A stretch of 64,000 nt of DNA from Eubacteriales bacterium (lineage in GTDB: Bacteria > Bacillota > Clostridia > Oscillospirales > CAG-272). Both the position numbers and the translations under genes were made by a program. Location of the stretch: positions 3,585 to 67,584 of the forward strand of contig JAZULL010000059.1 of NCBI GenBank assembly GCA_045603085.1, given 5' to 3'. Position 1 is the stretch's first letter. Each line of letters opens with the position of its first letter. The notes beneath the pieces were generated by a model, which was not told the origin of the DNA, searched no databases, and saw only the letters and a program-made list of their open reading frames with translations. This document shows positions 28,479 to 38,400 of the stretch, one piece after another.

Positions 28479-29597
28479 TCAGTCCTCGGCATACATGTGG
28501 CAGGCGGCAAAGTGGCCGGGCTCTACCTCACGGTATGCGGGTGTGACGTGCTTGCATTTCTCCTTGGCATAGGGGCAACGCGTGTGGAAACGGCAGCCCT
28601 TGGGGGGATTTGCAGGCGAGGGGATGTCGCCTCCCAGCACCATGCGGTGCATCTTGGCGTCGGGGTCGGGATTGGGAATGGCCGAGAACAGCGCCTTGGT
28701 GTAGGGGTGCAGGGGATTGTCGAAAATATCCTTCTTTGCACCGAATTCCATCATCGAGCCAAGGTACATAACACCGATCTTGTCCGAGATGAACTTGACG
28801 ACAGACAAATCGTGAGAGATGAACAGATACGTCAGATTCATGGACTTCTGCAGCTCTTTTAAGAGGTTGATGATCTGCGCCTGAATGGATACATCCAGCG
28901 CGGAGACCGGCTCGTCACAGATGACCAGCTTGGGGTTGACCGAAAGTGCACGCGCAATACAGATACGCTGACGCTGACCGCCCGAGAATTCATGGGGGTA
29001 ACGCTCGTAGTAATAATCGCGCAGACCGCACTTTTCCATCAGATCCAGCACGTATTCCTTGACCTGGCTCTCGGGCACGATCTTATGCACGCGCACGGGC
29101 TCGGAGAGAATGTCGCCAACCGTGCTTCTGGGGGGCAAGGAGGAATAGGGGTCCTGGAAAATGATCTGCATCTCGGTGCGCAGCTTACGCATCTTGGCCG
29201 AGGAGTAGTTGGTGATATCCTCGCCATCGAACAGGATCTGTCCGCCGCTGGAGGGGTGGAGCTTGAGAATGGTTCTGCCCATGGTGGTCTTGCCACAGCC
29301 CGACTCGCCAACGATACCCAGCGTCTCGCCGGGGCACAGCACAAAGGAAACGTCGTCCACCGCGATCAGCTCCTGCTGCACCTTACCGGTCAGCGATTTC
29401 TTGATGGGGAACGCCTTGCGCAGGTGTCTGACCTCCAAAAGCGCATTCGGATCGGGGGCTTTCTGCGCGTCGGCCTTGACTGCCTCGGCCTTTGCCTTTG
29501 CTACCTCTGCGGCAAGAGCCGCATCGTCATAGGTGACCTCGGCCTCGGGCGCGCTTTCCCAGCGCGCAAGGGCAGATTCAAACGTGATATCAGCCAT
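28479..29597 (-). CDS. oppF: Oligopeptide ABC transporter ATPase OppF
   Basis: GESGCGKT, IFQDPYSS, YPHEFSGGQRQR, GCRFHTRCP. Confidence 0.9.
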   Translation of the reverse strand: MADITFESALARWESAPEAEVTYDDAALAAEVAKAKAEAVKADAQKAPDPNALLEVRHLRKAFPIKKSLTGKVQQELIAVDDVSFVLCPGETLGIVGESGCGKTTMGRTILKLHPSSGGQILFDGEDITNYSSAKMRKLRTEMQIIFQDPYSSLPPRSTVGDILSEPVRVHKIVPESQVKEYVLDLMEKCGLRDYYYERYPHEFSGGQRQRICIARALSVNPKLVICDEPVSALDVSIQAQIINLLKELQKSMNLTYLFISHDLSVVKFISDKIGVMYLGSMMEFGAKKDIFDNPLHPYTKALFSAIPNPDPDAKMHRMVLGGDIPSPANPPKGCRFHTRCPYAKEKCKHVTPAYREVEPGHFAACHMYAED

Positions 29598-30735
29598 TTG
29601 CCGTGTCCTCCTTGTCGTAAAGATGGCAGGAAACGAAATGCGTGGGGCTGACCTGAATCATGCCGGGATAATCTCCCGAGCACTTGTCGCAGGCGCGGTC
29701 GCATCTTTCCTTGAAGTAGCAGTGGGTGGGCATGTTCAGGGGGTTGGGAACGTTGCCGGGAATGTTGAACAGCACGTCGCTGTCCGAATTCATGGTGGGC
29801 TTGGATTTCTGCAGGCCGATGGTGTAGGGGTGCATGGGATTTTTGAAGATCTCCTGCACGGTACCTCTTTCGATGACCTTACCTGCATACATGACCACCA
29901 CGTAATCTGCCATTTCGGCAATGACGCCAAGGTCATGGGTGATCAGCATGATAGAGCCGTTGATCTTGTCCTTAAGGTCGCGGAGCAGATCGAGGATCTG
30001 CGCCTGAATGGTCACGTCCAGCGCGGTGGTAGGCTCGTCCGCAATGATCAGACGGGGATTGCACACCAGTGCCATGGAGATCATAACGCGCTGTCTCATA
30101 CCGCCCGAAAGCTCGTGGGGGTAGGAGTTGTAAACGCGCTCGGGTGCGGCAATGCCCACAAGCCTGAGCATTTCCAGCGAGCGAGCCTGCGCCTGCTCGG
30201 CACTCGCCTCGGGATTGTGAATATAGGTCACCTCATCCAGCTGGTCGCCGATGGTAAAGATGGGGTTGAGCGAGGTCATGGGCTCCTGGAAGATCATGGC
30301 GATCTCCTTGCCGCGGATGCGGTAGATCTCACTCATCGGCATCTCGGCGATGTTATAGGTCTTGTCCTCGGCCGCGAACCGGATCGCACCGGAATAGATC
30401 TGACCGGTCGGACCCTGCAAAAGACGCATGACCGACATGGAGGTCACGCTCTTGCCGCAGCCGGACTCGCCCACGATACCCACGGTCTTATTTTTAGGGA
30501 TCTCGAAGGAAACGCCGTTGACCGCCTTGACCACACCCTGATCGGTAAAGAAGTAGGTGTGCAGGTCGTCGATCTCAAGAATATTGTTCGGATCCTTCAT
30601 TTCGCAAAGGAATTCCTCTTCCTTTGCGCGGCGGTTCTTTTTGGCTTCAAGAGCCATCATCACCTTTTTGTTCTGCTTGGCGATGGCACGGATCTCACGA
30701 CCCGAGAGATAGGAGGACTTTTTCTTTTCTTTCAT
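29590..30735 (-). CDS. oppD: Oligopeptide ABC transporter ATPase OppD
   Basis: [33 protein letters not shown]. Confidence 0.9.
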   Translation of the reverse strand: MKEKKKSSYLSGREIRAIAKQNKKVMMALEAKKNRRAKEEEFLCEMKDPNNILEIDDLHTYFFTDQGVVKAVNGVSFEIPKNKTVGIVGESGCGKSVTSMSVMRLLQGPTGQIYSGAIRFAAEDKTYNIAEMPMSEIYRIRGKEIAMIFQEPMTSLNPIFTIGDQLDEVTYIHNPEASAEQAQARSLEMLRLVGIAAPERVYNSYPHELSGGMRQRVMISMALVCNPRLIIADEPTTALDVTIQAQILDLLRDLKDKINGSIMLITHDLGVIAEMADYVVVMYAGKVIERGTVQEIFKNPMHPYTIGLQKSKPTMNSDSDVLFNIPGNVPNPLNMPTHCYFKERCDRACDKCSGDYPGMIQVSPTHFVSCHLYDKEDTANG

Positions 30736-30753
30736 ATTCGGTTGTCCTCCTTC

Positions 30754-31815
30754 TTATCTTCTCATTTTGGGGTCAAGCGCGTCGCGCAGACCGTCGCCGA
30801 CAAAGTTGAAGCCCAGAACTGCCATGATAATGCAAAGTCCGGGAGGGCCCCAGATATTGAAATAATTTTGCAGAATGGTGGAGTCGTTTGCGGCGTTGAT
30901 CATAGTACCCCAAGCCGCAAATTGCTCGGGCGCACCAAGACCGAGGTAGGTCAGGGATGCTTCGTAAAGGATCATAGAGCCAAGGCTGAGCGTCATGGAA
31001 ACGATCAGCTGGGGAAGCACGTTGGGTACGAGGTGCTTGAAGATCTTGCGGAAGGTGCTGTAACCCATGGCCTCTGCGGCCACCATGTATTCCTGCTCGC
31101 GCAGAGAAAGGATCTGACCGCGCACAAGTCTTGCCGTGCCCGACCAGGAGATCAGGGCAAGGAAGCCCATGAGGTAGTAGATGCGGTGCTGCGGCTCAAT
31201 TTCAATGGGGAAGCTTTCGGTTTTGCTCCATGCATCCAGCACCGTACCCACGACCAGCATGATCGGAATACCGGGCAGACACATCAGAATGTCACAGACT
31301 CGCATGATGATATTGTCGATCAAGCCGCCGAAGTAGCCCGCGATACCGCCGAACACCACGCCGATGGCGGCGACCACGAAAACGGTCAGAAAGCTGATGG
31401 TCAGCGAGATTCTGCCGCCGTACATCAGTCTTGCCAGCACGTCCTTACCGGTCTTGTCGGTGCCAAGGGGATGGCTCCACGAGGGCTTTGCCAGCGAGTT
31501 GGTGGTTTCGTGTGTTTCCTCAAGCTGGTAGTAGGAGTGCTCCACGCCGTTCTCATCCACGTAGGTGATCAGCGTCTGCACGTATTCGGTCTTACCCGAA
31601 TAGTCCACCTCGGTCTGACCCCACTGCGTATAGAACACGGGACCCAGCCAGCAGAAGGCGAACAGGAAAATGATCAGCACCAGACCAAGCACCGAGAGCT
31701 TGGAGCGGAAGAAGCGGCGCATGACCATGCGTCCGGGAGACATCAGCCGCACGTTTTTATCCAGCGGCTCGTCCTTGGCGGCGGTGTTTTGTACTTTGAT
31801 TTCCGTATCTTTCAT
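30754..31815 (-). CDS. oppC: Oligopeptide ABC transporter permease OppC
   Basis: HPLGTD..GKDVLARLMYGGRISL, EYMVAAEAMG, GDGLRDALDP. Confidence 0.9.
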   Translation of the reverse strand: MKDTEIKVQNTAAKDEPLDKNVRLMSPGRMVMRRFFRSKLSVLGLVLIIFLFAFCWLGPVFYTQWGQTEVDYSGKTEYVQTLITYVDENGVEHSYYQLEETHETTNSLAKPSWSHPLGTDKTGKDVLARLMYGGRISLTISFLTVFVVAAIGVVFGGIAGYFGGLIDNIIMRVCDILMCLPGIPIMLVVGTVLDAWSKTESFPIEIEPQHRIYYLMGFLALISWSGTARLVRGQILSLREQEYMVAAEAMGYSTFRKIFKHLVPNVLPQLIVSMTLSLGSMILYEASLTYLGLGAPEQFAAWGTMINAANDSTILQNYFNIWGPPGLCIIMAVLGFNFVGDGLRDALDPKMRR

Positions 31816-31827
31816 GCCGTCGCCTCC

Positions 31828-32823
31828 TTAACCAAGTTTGACTCTGGGGTCAACCACGGCGTACATGATGTCCGCAAGCAGAACGCCCACGATACTCAGC
31901 ACGGCCAAGAACAGGTTGTAGCCCATGATAAAGGGAATGTCGGCTACCAGCGTTGCCTGATAAGCCATGTTACCGATGCCGGGCAGGCCAAACACCTGCT
32001 CGGTGATGATTGCACCCGAGAACAGAGAGGGGAGCAGACCCGCAAGGGACGTGACCAGCGGGATCAGCGTATTGCGGAAGGCATGCTTGTAGATGACCTT
32101 GGTCTCGGAAAGACCCTTGGCGCGGGCGGTGCGGATGTAATCCGAGCCCAGCACCTCAAGCATGTTGGTTCTGGTCATTCTCATTCTGCCGCCTATGCTC
32201 AGAATGACCACGGTCAGCACGGGAATGACCAGGTAGGACAGATAGTCAAGCACCAGCGCAATACCGGTGTAGTCCATGGTCGCCGAGCCAAGACCCGATG
32301 ACGGGAACCATCCCAGCTGCATGGCGAAGATGTTTTTGAGTATCTGTCCGAAGAAGAAGGACGGCAGCGAGATACCGATCATAACCAGAACGGTTACGAA
32401 ATAATCGCGGAAGGAATATTGATGTGTTGCGGCCGTGATGCCAAGGGGAATGGCGATCATAAATTCGAACACGGTCGCTATGGCAGCGACGGCAAAGGAA
32501 ACCCACATGTTCTTGGCAATGACGTCGGCAACAGGCTGCTGGAACTTGAAGCTGTTACCGAAGTCCAGGCGCAGCGTAGCCTTGAGCCAAGTAAAGTAGC
32601 CCTTGACGATTCCGCCAAACGTACCGTCCGTACCGTAGCCGTACTCGTTCATCATAGCTTTCATGGTTTCTTCGGTGACGCCCTCGCCCTTGGAGTTGAT
32701 CTCGGCGATCTTGGTCGAAATGTAGTCCATGGGCATCAGCTGAATCAGCGTGAAGATGATAAGCGAGACGCAAAACAGGATCAGAACGGAAAGAGCAAGT
32801 CGCTTGATAATATATTTCAGCAT
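31828..32823 (-). CDS. oppB: Oligopeptide ABC transporter permease OppB
   Basis: MLKYIIKRL, DYIRTARAKGL, HAFRN, AVVDPRV. Confidence 0.9.
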   Translation of the reverse strand: MLKYIIKRLALSVLILFCVSLIIFTLIQLMPMDYISTKIAEINSKGEGVTEETMKAMMNEYGYGTDGTFGGIVKGYFTWLKATLRLDFGNSFKFQQPVADVIAKNMWVSFAVAAIATVFEFMIAIPLGITAATHQYSFRDYFVTVLVMIGISLPSFFFGQILKNIFAMQLGWFPSSGLGSATMDYTGIALVLDYLSYLVIPVLTVVILSIGGRMRMTRTNMLEVLGSDYIRTARAKGLSETKVIYKHAFRNTLIPLVTSLAGLLPSLFSGAIITEQVFGLPGIGNMAYQATLVADIPFIMGYNLFLAVLSIVGVLLADIMYAVVDPRVKLG

Positions 32824-32844
32824 ATTGTTTTACCGCCTCCTGTC

Positions 32845-35415
32845 TTAATTTGCAAATTCGATCTCCCAGATGTGCTCTAAGGGAGAGGTGTAGGGGTTGA
32901 TCTCTGTGGGAAGAGAGGACGCATCAATGACGCGGGAGTTGTACGCGTAAAGCGTCTTTCTCTGATAAACGGGCAGCTCGATGGCCAGATCCAGCACGTA
33001 TCCCATGGCCTCCTTGTAAAGGATGGCACGCTCTTCCTGATCGGTGGTCTCACGCGCCTGGTCAATGACCTCGCTGAGCATGTCAAGAATGGCGTTTTCC
33101 TCGGGATAAGAGGCGGGAGAGCCGAGAATTTCGCGGTAGCCCCACGCCAGCGTACTGGTGGCGGTGGAGTTTTTGTGGTAGACCTGATACATATCGGGGT
33201 CAACCGTGGTACCCCAAGCAGCAGCCCAAACGGCAAGCGAGCCGGTGGAAAGCTTGGTCAGCGCCTGGGTGTCGGGAACGATCTCGATATCCCAGCCGCA
33301 CTCGTTGAGCAGTGCCTGCGCACTCTCAAAGACCTTGTAGGCGGGGTGGTCGGTCAGGTCTGCGCCTGCGATGGTAAAGGTAATGGAAAGCTGCTTGTCG
33401 CCCTGCGAAACACCGGCGGCGGCCATGTAGTCCAGAATGGTCTGCTTGGCCGTTTCGCGGTCAAAGCGGATGGCGGGATATTCGTGTCCGTTGTCCAGGC
33501 TGGGGTTGCCGTTTTCCATGGGATATGCCCAGGAAACCGTAGACATGGGCCAGTAGATGGTGCTTGCGGTACCGGTGCTGTAGTATTCCAGCGCAAGGCC
33601 GGTATCCATGGCACACATAATGGCCTTACGCAGGTTGATGTCGGGCACCTTGCCTGCATTGATGCCAATGTAACCGTAGCCAAGCTGATCGGTGTAGGTG
33701 CTGCGAATGCCCTTGGCCGCAAGGTTATTGATTCTCTCAATATTATCCTGCGTGTACTGGGGTGTGACGAAATGCACCTCGCCCTTTTCCAGCGCGTCTA
33801 AGGCGTTGGTGGCGCTGACCACCTGATAACGCAGCTTTTCGATCTTGGGCTTGCCCATCATAAAGTTTTCGTTGGCCTTGAAGTAAACGATGTTGTTGAG
33901 GTAGAAGTCGGCACCCTTGGGGTTGTCGTCATTGTTTCGGTTGGTGGCCTTGTAAGGGCCTGCGCCAACCGGCACCTTGGTGACCTCGCTTGCGCGGATG
34001 GTGTTGGACATGAAATCAAACGAGCCGTATTCCACGCCGAACTTGTTGTTCGGAATGTCCACGGTGTAGCCTGCGCCGTAGTAGTGCTGGGGAGCAACCG
34101 AGAACGCGAAGTTCCAGATCGCCTTGGGGTCAACGCCGTTGATGGTGATCTGCAGCACGTCGTATTCGTCGCGGTTAGCGGGTGTGCCGTCGGGATTGTG
34201 CTCGTGCGCTACGGTGTAGAAGCCGTTTTCGGTTTCCACCTCCTGGATGTCGGTGGTGTGACCCAGGGAAACGATACCCGCGATATTGGGTACGAGCAGC
34301 GTGCCGTCAGCCGAGACGTTCTCGCGCAGAATGACCGTGGTGGCCTGCGCACTGTATTCGGTCAAGAGGGTGTTGGCGGTTGCCCAGTACTGCAGAATGA
34401 TGTGCAGCTCCTGCTCCACCTTCTGATTGTAAACGTACTCGATCGCCTTTTCCTTAGAGGTCACAACGTCGGGGGAATAGTTGCGGGTGACCTTTTTGAT
34501 CTTGGTCTTGATGTCCTTGTTGGTCACGGGGTCCTTTTCGTACTCAACGGTCACAAAGCCCTCTGCAAACATAAAGGACGTGATCTCGTCAAATTCACCC
34601 GTTTCCTTATAAGGTGTTTCGGTGTAAGCGGAGGAGGCGGAGGTGTAATCACTTTCCAGCTCCTTTTTGAATTCTGCGAGCGTCAGCTCGTAATCTGCCA
34701 GCAGATTGTCGGTGGTGACAGCCGAGGGATCGTTGGAAATGGCCTCCTTGTAGCCCTTGGAAAGACCTGCGGCGGCAATTGCCCCCACCATGGTGTCGTA
34801 ATCTGCGCTGTAAGAGCCTGCGGTATCGGTTCTGCCCACCTGCTTATAAAGGTTGAGCAGCTCGTTGATGCGGTTCTTGGCTCTGGTGGTTGCCAGCTCG
34901 GCAATGATCTCGCTGGTGTCATTTGAGCCCGAGCCGCGGGTCTGGGTTCTGTAATCCTGCAGACCGACGATGTCGGTGGAGTACATGGTGGAGGAGCCGG
35001 TGTAGACGGGGTCGAGGTAAACGTACATGTTGAACAGCACGTCCTCAATGGTCAGGGGCTCTCCGTCCGAGAACACGATGCCGTTTTTGATAACGAAGGT
35101 GTAGGTGGTCGTGTCGGAAAAATCGTCGTATTCGATGGCGTAATCCAGCGTGACGACCGCTTCGTCCGGGCCGCATGCCACCGTGACCTGCTCGTTTTCA
35201 TAGCCGGTGGTCAGCATGGCGATCTGTGTCATGGCAACGATGGTGGCATCGGGTGCTGTGGTGGAGTAGAAGGGATTGAATACGCCGTCCAGCGCGTCGG
35301 TCATAACGACCAGCGCGTCGGGGCGACCGCCCCCCTGTCCGCAGGCGCTCAGCACACCCAGTGAGCTGAGCAGCGTTGCGGCACAGAGAATCAAGGAAAG
35401 GATTTTCTTATTCAT
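32845..35415 (-). CDS. oppA: Enlarged family-5 solute-binding lipoprotein (OppA-like)
   Basis: Lipobox LSAC; FSDGEPLTIEDV, PVGAGPYK, LRKAI; 856 aa. Confidence 0.85.
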   Translation of the reverse strand: MNKKILSLILCAATLLSSLGVLSACGQGGGRPDALVVMTDALDGVFNPFYSTTAPDATIVAMTQIAMLTTGYENEQVTVACGPDEAVVTLDYAIEYDDFSDTTTYTFVIKNGIVFSDGEPLTIEDVLFNMYVYLDPVYTGSSTMYSTDIVGLQDYRTQTRGSGSNDTSEIIAELATTRAKNRINELLNLYKQVGRTDTAGSYSADYDTMVGAIAAAGLSKGYKEAISNDPSAVTTDNLLADYELTLAEFKKELESDYTSASSAYTETPYKETGEFDEITSFMFAEGFVTVEYEKDPVTNKDIKTKIKKVTRNYSPDVVTSKEKAIEYVYNQKVEQELHIILQYWATANTLLTEYSAQATTVILRENVSADGTLLVPNIAGIVSLGHTTDIQEVETENGFYTVAHEHNPDGTPANRDEYDVLQITINGVDPKAIWNFAFSVAPQHYYGAGYTVDIPNNKFGVEYGSFDFMSNTIRASEVTKVPVGAGPYKATNRNNDDNPKGADFYLNNIVYFKANENFMMGKPKIEKLRYQVVSATNALDALEKGEVHFVTPQYTQDNIERINNLAAKGIRSTYTDQLGYGYIGINAGKVPDINLRKAIMCAMDTGLALEYYSTGTASTIYWPMSTVSWAYPMENGNPSLDNGHEYPAIRFDRETAKQTILDYMAAAGVSQGDKQLSITFTIAGADLTDHPAYKVFESAQALLNECGWDIEIVPDTQALTKLSTGSLAVWAAAWGTTVDPDMYQVYHKNSTATSTLAWGYREILGSPASYPEENAILDMLSEVIDQARETTDQEERAILYKEAMGYVLDLAIELPVYQRKTLYAYNSRVIDASSLPTEINPYTSPLEHIWEIEFAN

Positions 35416-35437
35416 TTGTCATAATCCTCCTTCTTTC

Positions 35438-38400
35438 TTAGTTCTGCTTACGGGGCGTCAGAGTGATCTCGCCCGTTTCGGGATTGACGGTCAGGATCGC
35501 GCCCATCTTGTTGTCACCTGTCAGCTGTGCGCTCACGTTTTCAAGGCTGATGCCGTCGGTGTTACCCGAGCCTGCGATCAAGCCGTAAACGGCGCTGTCC
35601 ATGCCGTCCAGATACAGCGAGGGATCAATGAGAAGCTTACCGCTGACGGTAACGTTCCGGACGGTTGCCTGCTCGGAGATCGTACCTGCAAACAGACCGA
35701 TGGTCGAGCCCTGAAGTCTGGAGCCAACGGCGGTGTAGGTCACGTTTTCAAAGTGCAGGTCGGTAATGCAAGCTCCTGCGCCGATGAATCCGAACAAGCC
35801 GCCCTGCTGTGCGCCGTTGGGCTGAACAACAGTAATATTGGACATCTTGTGGCCGTTACCGATAATTTGTCCGGTAAACTGGTTCTGACCCTTATAGAAG
35901 GCCGTGGGCCAGATCGCACCCTTGACAGAGAAGTCAAGGTCTGCCTCGATGATGTAGTTACCGTCTGCTCTTGCGTGCTTATAAAGCTGCTTGACCGAGC
36001 TGATCTTGAACCAACTGCCTTCCCAGAGGTCGACGTACACGTTCATGGCAGGAGAGTTGGTCGTGCCGTTTTCGTAGTTGATATCAAGGGTCAAAGGATC
36101 GGTCAGAGGCGTGGTCATCTGCACGTCTGCATAGATGGCGTTGGGTGTGCCCTCCAGCTTGGGGAAGTTACCGCCAAGGGAAATGGCGCCGTTCTTCCAT
36201 ACGGGGATGGAGAGCTTGGAGCTTACGTAGGTCTGGATCAGCGTGGGGTTGCCGTTCTCGTCGAGAGTGTTGAGGTCGTACAGGTTGAACTGTACGCCGG
36301 GCACCCATGCCGCATAAAGCGTCAGGACTGCATCCGAGCCGGACTTGACGGTCTCGGGATCGACGGTCACGGTATCGGTGTCAAAGTCCCAGCGGCTGGA
36401 GTATACCCAGCCCTGCTCTCTGCCGGAGATCTCAGTCAGCTCGCCGTATTCGTCAAGCGGGCGACCCTGCTGGTCAACTCTGGGCTGACGGTCGGTGTAC
36501 CAGCCGGCCAAGGTGTAGCCGGGATTGTCCACCACGTAAGCCTGCGCGCCGCGGAGCTTATCCTGCGGGTCGAGCAGCGAGATGTGGATCTTGCCGTTCT
36601 CGTCAACCGTGTAATCGCCGATGGCGAACACGTCAACCACCGTGACGTCACGGTTTGCAAAGGTACCGTCACCTGCATCGTAGCGGATGCTGACGTCATA
36701 GCCCTGCTTGTCAAGCTGCTTGTAGGGATCCTTCCACTGAGAGCCTGCGGAGGAGAACAGCGTGCCAAGCATGAGAATGATTGCCGCGCCGATGGCAACA
36801 ACCGAAATAATGGTGAAGATCTTGCCAAATGGAACGGCGGCAAAGGCCTGCGCCAGCTTGCCGGGCTTGTTCATGCCTCTGGGCTTGTGGGGCTTGTTCA
36901 GCTTGATGGGCTTCTCGGCCTTGGCCTTGACCTTGGCTTTCTGTGCGGCCTTGAGCTCGGCCAGGTATTCGGGGGTGAAGACCTTGCGGGCAAGGATAAA
37001 GCAAGCGATTGCGAGAACCAGCGAGATGACGCCCACGATGGCAAGTGCGATCGAGAGCACCTTGGTGACCGAAACGCCTGCGGGAGGCTCGGGCGTGGGC
37101 TCGGCAGAGCCGGATTCACCCGCAAGGGCCTCCAGATCCGCAATTCTGCGCTCAGCCTGTGTCAGCTTGTCAAGGTTGTAAACAAGAGCCTTTTGCTCCA
37201 TGGTGGAGATCTTATCGTAAGCGGCTCTTGCAGCCTCGACCAGCGCCTTGTCCTCAAGGGTCACCTTTTCGGGGATGGCGTTGATGGCGGCGATGGCTGC
37301 CAGCGTGACGTCATCGGCGGCGGCACTGCCGTCAATGAAGGTGTCGAAATACTGTGCAAAGATGAAGGAATCGTAGTGGTGGCCGTTGACGGGTCTGACC
37401 ATGGTGATGGGAGAATCAACGTGACCGATATAGTCTACGAAGCTTGCACCGTAGTAGGTGTTGTGGTAGCTGGTGTCGGCATTCCACATGTAGTACTTGA
37501 TAATACCCAGACCGGGCTTGGTCAGCGTGGAGCCGTCGGCGGCGTAGAAGGAGTAGTCGCCGGTTGCGGGGATGTTTTCGTAGCTTTCGTGATACAGCGC
37601 GTCGAATTCCTCTTCCAGAATGGGCGCGTTGTAGGACGAGAATACCACCAGCTTCAGATCCTCGCAGTCATAGAAGGCCTTGTGGCCGATAGAGGCCAGC
37701 GTATAGGGCAGGGTGACCTGCTTTACGGGAGCGCCCGCAAAGGCCATGGCCGAGATGCGGACGGTGCCGTCGGCAACCGTGACAGAGGTATCGTCGCCGG
37801 TATAGGCGATCAGCTCAAGGCCCTTGGGCACGACGCGGTAGAGGTTACCGTCGATGACGCGGACGTTGTCGCTGATATCGTAGGTGTAAACGGTGGAGAT
37901 ATACTCCTTGCCGTTGAAGGTCAGGGTCTCGGTGCTCGAGAGCTTGGTAAGGCGGCACATTGCAAACGGGTTGTCGCCCATATCGGTCAGTGCCGAGCCC
38001 AGCGTCAGGGCAAAGTCTGCCATGGTGTCCTTATAGAAGGCGTGCGTACCGATATAGGAAGCACCCGACAGATCGGCACCGGGCAGGATGGAGTACGCAA
38101 AGGCGTAATCGCCAACGTGGGAGACGTTTTGCATGCCGCTCACGGCAGAAAGCTTGGTGTCGTAAGCGAATGCGCCCTCGGATACCGTCACGCCGCTCTG
38201 ACCAAAGGTGACGGAAGACAGCTGCTCGCAGTAAGCAAAGGCGTAAGTGCCGATGCTTTTGATGCTGTCAAGCTTCAGCGAGGAAAGCGCGGTGGTGTAG
38301 AAGGTGTTACTGCCGATGTCGGTGACCCCTTCGAGGTTGATCTCGGAGAGGTTGCGGCAGTACAGGAACGCCTTGTCGGGAATGACCTTGACGTCTGCAC

